DNA from: an uncultured Pseudomonadota bacterium
GTDB lineage: Bacteria > Pseudomonadota > Alphaproteobacteria > JACZXZ01
NCBI GenBank assembly: GCA_963749075.1
Contig: CAVVLJ010000016.1
Span: forward strand, 1,184,001-1,248,000
DNA: 64,000 nt
Direction of reading: 5' to 3'
Shown here: positions 58,865 through 64,000 of the stretch, piece by piece
How positions within the stretch are numbered: the first letter of the stretch is position 1
Layout: each line of letters opens with the position of its first letter
Notes under the pieces: generated by a model
The model's input: the letters and a program-made list of their open reading frames with translations, nothing else
What the model was told of the DNA's origin: nothing
The model's database searches: none
Translations under genes and position numbers: made by a program

Positions 58865-61813
58865 GTGGTCGATGATGAACCCCAGGTCTTGGCCGCAATC
58901 GAGGACGAGCTTGGCGGTCAATATCGCGTCCTGCTCGAGACTTCGCCTGCCTCCGCCATCAAGCGCCTGGAGCAGGAGAAGCTCTCGGTCATCATCTCCG
59001 ATCAACGCATGCCCGGCATGAGCGGCCACGAGTTCCTGGCCCGCGCGCAGGTCGTCAGCGACGCGACGCGCATCCTGATCACCGGCTACTCCGACATCGA
59101 GGCCATGGTCTCGGCGGTCAACCAGGGGCACATCTTCGGCTATCTCTCGAAGCCCTGGGATCCGGATCACCTGAGACTCCTTGTGATGAAGGCCAACGAG
59201 CATTTCAACCTGCTGCAGAGATTAAGCGGCGAGCAGACCTTGCTGCACAACCTCATGGACAACATACCGGACGCCATCTTCTTCACGGATCGCGCGCATC
59301 GCTTCCTGCGCGTCAACAGGGTTCTCGCCCGCGCTCTGGGCCTCGAGCATCCGAGCGAGGCGGAGGGAAAGTCGCTGGCGCAATTCCGCTCGGCACCACT
59401 CACCGAGGAGATCGAGAAGGAGGAGAAGGCCATCTTGGAGACCGGGGTACCGATCACCGACCGCGTCGTGCGGAGCGAAAGCGAGGACGGTCAGGTGAGC
59501 TGGCACTCGGTGACGCGCGCGCCGGTGCGCAACGAGAAGGGGGAGATCGCGAGCATCGTCGGCATTCGGCGTGACGTGACCAGCCGGATGCTGGCGGAAA
59601 TCGAATTGCGGAAGAGCGAGGAGCGCTTCCGATTGCTCGTCGAGGGCGTCAAGGATTATGCGATCATCATGCTCGATGAGGGAGGACGGATCGTCACCTG
59701 GAACGATGGCGCGCGTCGGCTCAAGGGATATGCCGAGTCCGAAATCGCCGGTCAGTCGATGGAGCGCTTCTATACGCCCGAGGACTTGGCCGCGGGCAAG
59801 CCGGCCCGGTTGCTCGCGCTGGCGGTGGCCGAGGGCCGTTGCGAAGACCAGGGCTGGCGGGTGCGCAAGGACGGCACGCGCTTCTACGCGGACGTCGTCC
59901 TCACGGCGATGCGCGACCACGCGGGCGCGCTCGTGGGCTTTACCAAAATCACTCGGGATATCACCGAGCGCAAGGCGAGCGAGGAGGCGATCGCCCGTCT
60001 CGTCCGGCTCTATGCGGTGCTGAGCGGCATCAACTCCTTGATCGTGCGCGTCCGGGATCGCCAACAGCTCTTCGAGGAAGTCTGTCGCGTTGCGGTCGAG
60101 CAAGGCCAGCTTGCCATGGCGTGGGTCGGCCGCCTCGACGCCGCTGCGGTCACGGTCAAGACGATTGCGAGCTACGGTCCGGGAGCGGAGCGGCTCCCCG
60201 AAGACGAAGTCGGCATCGGCGAGGACAGGCCCGAGGGCCGCGGCACGATCGGGCAGGCGGTGCGCGAGCGGAAGATCGCGATGTGCAACGACATCGCGGG
60301 CGCTCCCGATGTCGGCGTCGCGAGGCGCACCGCGGTCGGGCTGGGCTATGGCTCGGTGGTGTCGCTGCCGGTCGTCGCCGGCGACGAGGTGGTCGCCGTT
60401 TGCGTCCTCTACGCTCCGAAGCCGGATTTCTTCGACGAGATGGAATTGCGCCTGCTCGAGGAGATGGCAGGGGATATCTCCTTTGCGCTGGAGCATATCG
60501 CCAAGGAGGAGAAGCTCGACTATCTGGCGCTCTACGACGCGCTGACCGGACTTCCCAACCGCACGCTCTTCAGCGACCGCCTGGCACGGGACGTGCACGC
60601 CGCCAACGGCTCGAACGGGGGCGTCGGCGTCCTCCTGATCGACGTGGAGCGCTTCCGGCACTTCAACGATGCCCTGGGCCGGCACGCGGGCGACACGCTC
60701 TTGAAGCTCGTGGCCGAGCGCTTGGTGCGCGCCGCCATGGTCAAGGAGGGCGTGAGCCGGATCGGAGCCGATCTCTTCGCCATGGCATTGCCCAACGTGA
60801 GGGGCGGTGCCGAGGTGGCCCGCTTCGTGGACGAGCACCTGCTGCCGCAGCTTCTCCTGGACTACGAGATCGAGGGCGAGGAGGTGCGCAGCTCGGTGCG
60901 GCTCGGCATTGCGATGTCCCCGGACGACGGACGGGACGCCGAGACGCTCTTGGCCAATGCCGAGGCCGCCCTGAAGAAAGCCAAGAGCTCGGGCGAGCGC
61001 TACGTCTTCTACGCGGCGGAGATGAATGCAAGGGTGTCCGACGAGCTGAGGCTCGAGACCAAGCTGCGGCAAGCGCAGGAAAAGGGACAGTTCATTCTGT
61101 ATTATCAGCCTAAAGTAGATATCAAGAGCAACAGGATCACCGGCCTCGAGGCCCTCATCCGCTGGAAGGACCCCAACTCGGGGATCGTACCGCCCGGCCT
61201 GTTCATTCCCATTCTCGAGGAGACGGGCCTGATCCTGGAGGTCGGGAAGTGGGCCATCGGGCGGGCCGGCGCGGATCACAGGCGCTGGATCGACAAAGGG
61301 CTCGTCCCGCCCCGGATTGCCGTCAACGTCTCGCCCATCCAGCTCAGGCGCGACGATTTCGTCGATACGGTGGTGACGGCACTCTCGGCGAACCCGGGAT
61401 TCGCCAAGGAGCTCGATATCGAGATCACGGAAAGCGCCATCATGGAGAGCGTCGAGTCGCACATTCCGAAGCTCCGCGCGCTCAGGGACATGGGGATCGG
61501 CATCGCCATCGATGATTTCGGCACCGGCTACTCCTCGCTCGCCTACATCGCGAAGCTGCCGGTGAGCGAGCTCAAGATCGATCGCGCCTTCATCGTCAAC
61601 ATGCCGAGCAGCCCCGACGACTTGGGGATCGTCACGACGATCATCTCGCTCGCCCGCGGGCTCGAGCTCGTGGTCGTGGCGGAAGGGGTGGAGACCGAAG
61701 AGCAGGCAAAGATCCTCAAGCTGGTGAAGTGCAACCAGATGCAGGGCTACTTCATCAGCAAGCCGCGCCCCCCCGACGAGATCGACGCCATGCTGGCGCG
61801 GAGGAAGCCTTGA
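58865..61813 (+). CDS. REC-PAS-PAS-GAF-GGDEF(degenerate)-EAL c-di-GMP phosphodiesterase
   Basis: VDDE and SDQRMP receiver; two PAS/PAC; GAF; GADLF in place of GGDEF; intact EAL and DDFGTGYSSL; true start probably upstream (possible indel after GTG 58803). Confidence 0.92.
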   Translation: MVDDEPQVLAAIEDELGGQYRVLLETSPASAIKRLEQEKLSVIISDQRMPGMSGHEFLARAQVVSDATRILITGYSDIEAMVSAVNQGHIFGYLSKPWDPDHLRLLVMKANEHFNLLQRLSGEQTLLHNLMDNIPDAIFFTDRAHRFLRVNRVLARALGLEHPSEAEGKSLAQFRSAPLTEEIEKEEKAILETGVPITDRVVRSESEDGQVSWHSVTRAPVRNEKGEIASIVGIRRDVTSRMLAEIELRKSEERFRLLVEGVKDYAIIMLDEGGRIVTWNDGARRLKGYAESEIAGQSMERFYTPEDLAAGKPARLLALAVAEGRCEDQGWRVRKDGTRFYADVVLTAMRDHAGALVGFTKITRDITERKASEEAIARLVRLYAVLSGINSLIVRVRDRQQLFEEVCRVAVEQGQLAMAWVGRLDAAAVTVKTIASYGPGAERLPEDEVGIGEDRPEGRGTIGQAVRERKIAMCNDIAGAPDVGVARRTAVGLGYGSVVSLPVVAGDEVVAVCVLYAPKPDFFDEMELRLLEEMAGDISFALEHIAKEEKLDYLALYDALTGLPNRTLFSDRLARDVHAANGSNGGVGVLLIDVERFRHFNDALGRHAGDTLLKLVAERLVRAAMVKEGVSRIGADLFAMALPNVRGGAEVARFVDEHLLPQLLLDYEIEGEEVRSSVRLGIAMSPDDGRDAETLLANAEAALKKAKSSGERYVFYAAEMNARVSDELRLETKLRQAQEKGQFILYYQPKVDIKSNRITGLEALIRWKDPNSGIVPPGLFIPILEETGLILEVGKWAIGRAGADHRRWIDKGLVPPRIAVNVSPIQLRRDDFVDTVVTALSANPGFAKELDIEITESAIMESVESHIPKLRALRDMGIGIAIDDFGTGYSSLAYIAKLPVSELKIDRAFIVNMPSSPDDLGIVTTIISLARGLELVVVAEGVETEEQAKILKLVKCNQMQGYFISKPRPPDEIDAMLARRKP

Positions 61814-62107
61814 CGGTGGCGTCCGCGGCCCGTGCCCCGCGCCGCGGGACTGGAGTCACCCGTCAGAGGCCGGCTCGAAATGATCCGTCCATTTTCGAGC
61901 AGCGATCGGTCATTCCAGCAAAAGCGCCGGCGGATGCGCAAATCTCCGAGAAAGAGATCGGCGGAAACCGGACCCTGACGCAATTGCGGCGCACGCGGGC
62001 AGTGCATCGACAAGTCCTCTCGGTTCGAAATTCGCATAGCTGTGCCGCTCCGAGAGCTGCCATAGTTCACTTCCGTGCCGACGCGCAGGTCTCCGCCGGA
62101 GGAAGGA

Positions 62108-63208
62108 ATGGCAATGCTCCGCTTGTTGATAGCCGCGGCTTTGCTCTTGCTCGCCGCACCTCTGACGGCCCACGCCGAGGGCCTCCAGCAGAGGGAGCTG
62201 CGCATTCCAATGGCAGAGGCCGGCTCCGCGGGCCTCGAGGCTCTCCTCGTCTGGCCGGACGAGCCCGGGCGGCATCCGCTCGCCTTGATCAGCCACGGCT
62301 CGCCGCGCTCATCGTCCGAGCGGCCGCAGATGACGCCGCTCGCCATGCTGCCTCAGGCGAGGGAGCTCGCGCGGCGAGGTTGGGCCGCAGCGGTCGTCAT
62401 GCGGCGCGGCTACGGCGGCTCGGGGGGCAGCTGGCAGGAGGGCCATGGCCGCTGCTCGCATGCCAACTATGAGGAGGGCGCGGGCGCGATGGTCGCCGAT
62501 CTCAAAGCCGCCATCGCCTATCTCGCCACGCTCCCCGAGGTCGACGCCTCGCGCATGATAGCGCTCGGCGTCTCGGTGGGAGGCTTTGCCACCGTGGCGC
62601 TCACCGCCGATCCGCCGCCCGGCCTCGTCGCCGCCATCAGCTTCGCCGGCGGCCGCGGCTCTCCCTCGTCCGACACCGTCTGCTCGCCGGACGCGCTGGT
62701 CGCCGCCTTCCGCAACTTCGGCAGCCGCTCGCGCGTGCCGATGCTGTGGATCTATGCGGAGAACGACCATTTCTTCGGCCCCTCGATCGCGCACCGCCTC
62801 CTGGACGCGTTCAAGGAGGGCGGCGGCCAAGTCACCTTCATCGCCCCGCCGCCCTTCGGCGACGACGGCCACAAGCTTTTCTCGAGTGCGGGCATCCCCA
62901 TCTGGACCCCCCTCGTCGACGAGTTTCTCAAGAGCCGCGGCCTCGTGCTCCGCGCCACCCCGCTGGCGCTTACAGCAGCGCCCGCCTTGGCACCGCCCGC
63001 GCAGCTCTCGGCCGACGGACGCAGCGCCTTCGCGAGCTATCTGACGGGCGCGCCGCACAAGGCCTTCGCGGTCTCGCCCAATGGCGACTATGGCTGGCGT
63101 TCGGGGCGGCGCTCGACCGAGGAGGCGAAATCCGGCGCGCTCGAGAACTGCGCCAAGCATGGCAAGGACTGCCGGGTCATCATGGTGGACGACACGGCGG
63201 CGAATTAA
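62108..63208 (+). CDS. Exported dienelactone hydrolase-family alpha/beta hydrolase
   Basis: Signal peptide; SHG, RRGYG, nucleophile GVSVG, ENDHFF, DGH; C-terminal HKAFAVS domain. Confidence 0.87.
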   Translation: MAMLRLLIAAALLLLAAPLTAHAEGLQQRELRIPMAEAGSAGLEALLVWPDEPGRHPLALISHGSPRSSSERPQMTPLAMLPQARELARRGWAAAVVMRRGYGGSGGSWQEGHGRCSHANYEEGAGAMVADLKAAIAYLATLPEVDASRMIALGVSVGGFATVALTADPPPGLVAAISFAGGRGSPSSDTVCSPDALVAAFRNFGSRSRVPMLWIYAENDHFFGPSIAHRLLDAFKEGGGQVTFIAPPPFGDDGHKLFSSAGIPIWTPLVDEFLKSRGLVLRATPLALTAAPALAPPAQLSADGRSAFASYLTGAPHKAFAVSPNGDYGWRSGRRSTEEAKSGALENCAKHGKDCRVIMVDDTAAN

Positions 63209-63229
63209 GCGCGCGGTTCTTCCCTCCCG

Positions 63230-64000
63230 TCAGCCCCACGACCAGAAGTCCATGCCTTGCTCGAGGAGGGCGCGCGAGAGCACCATCTTGTGCACCTCGC
63301 TCGCGCCGTCGACGAGCCTCGCCTGGCGCGCGTAGCGGTAGAGCCATTCGAGGATGCTGTCCTTCGAGTAGCCCTTGGCGCCGCAGAGCTGGATCGCGGC
63401 GTCGACCGCCTTGTGCAGCGTCTCGGCGACCGCGACCTTGGCCATCGAGACCTCCTTGCGCGCCTGGCTGCCCTGGTCGAGCTTCCAGGCCGCGTGCATG
63501 GTGAGAAGCCGGCCAACGTGGATGTCCATCGCCGCCTCGCCGAGGAGCCATTGCACGCCCTCGTGCTCGGCAAGCGTGCTGCCGAAGGAGCGGCGCTCGC
63601 GCACGTAGAATCCCGCGATCTCGAGCGCACGCTTGGCCCCGCCGAGCCAGCGCATGCAATGGGTGAGACGCGCCGTGCCGAGGCGGAGCTGCGCCACTTT
63701 CATGCCCTCGCCCACGCCCAAGAGCACGTTCTCCTCGGGGATCTCGAGCCCGTCGAAGGCGAGCTCGCAATGGCCGCCGTGCTCCTCCGGGCCCATGATG
63801 CCGATGCGGCGGACGAGCTGCCAGCCCGGCTGGTCCTTCCCGAAGAGAAAGGCCGTCAAGCCCTTGCGCGGGTCGTCGGACGTGCGCGCGATGAGGATGA
63901 AATGCGCCGCCCCGTCGGCACCGGTAATGAACCATTTGCGGCCTTGGACCACCCACTTGCCGCCGTGGCGCTCGGCGCGCGTCAGCATCATGCCGAGGGG
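63230..64000 (-). CDS. Acyl-CoA dehydrogenase (5' end outside the window)
   Basis: GRKWFITGA, RLGTARL, SMAK, AIQLCGAKG, RLVDGASEVH. Confidence 0.93.
   Translation of the reverse strand, partial: PLGMMLTRAERHGGKWVVQGRKWFITGADGAAHFILIARTSDDPRKGLTAFLFGKDQPGWQLVRRIGIMGPEEHGGHCELAFDGLEIPEENVLLGVGEGMKVAQLRLGTARLTHCMRWLGGAKRALEIAGFYVRERRSFGSTLAEHEGVQWLLGEAAMDIHVGRLLTMHAAWKLDQGSQARKEVSMAKVAVAETLHKAVDAAIQLCGAKGYSKDSILEWLYRYARQARLVDGASEVHKMVLSRALLEQGMDFWSWG

Overview
GC-rich window, most likely from an alphaproteobacterium (inferred from the mltB-rlpA-dacA-tmk-holB-metG-tatD gene order and the REP-type hairpins). A tRNA-Ser(TGA) at 15230-15319 is the integration site of an ~11.5 kb integrative mobilizable element bounded by a 14-bp direct repeat (15306-15319 and 26834-26847). 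The element carries a tyrosine integrase, a serine resolvase, an HUH relaxase, an excisionase, two TA modules and a mosaic cargo. The cargo is punctuated by two dif-like 11-6-11 sites sharing the core AGGACA and by a duplicated resolvase 3' end, suggesting stacked cassettes. Further right are an oxalate/formate antiporter, an exported WD40-caspase operon, a 12-gene glycosyltransferase/molybdoenzyme/radical SAM cluster, a compact RHH/PAS/Xre/GNAT-like regulatory module, a papain-chagasin pair and a c-di-GMP enzyme (another lies left of the tRNA). Six of the eight clear frameshifts are repaired by removing one duplicated A from a GANTC or GACGTC motif, which points to methylation-linked sequencing errors rather than pseudogenes. 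No CRISPR array, rRNA or reverse transcriptase was seen. All family assignments come from motif recognition by eye, not from database searches.
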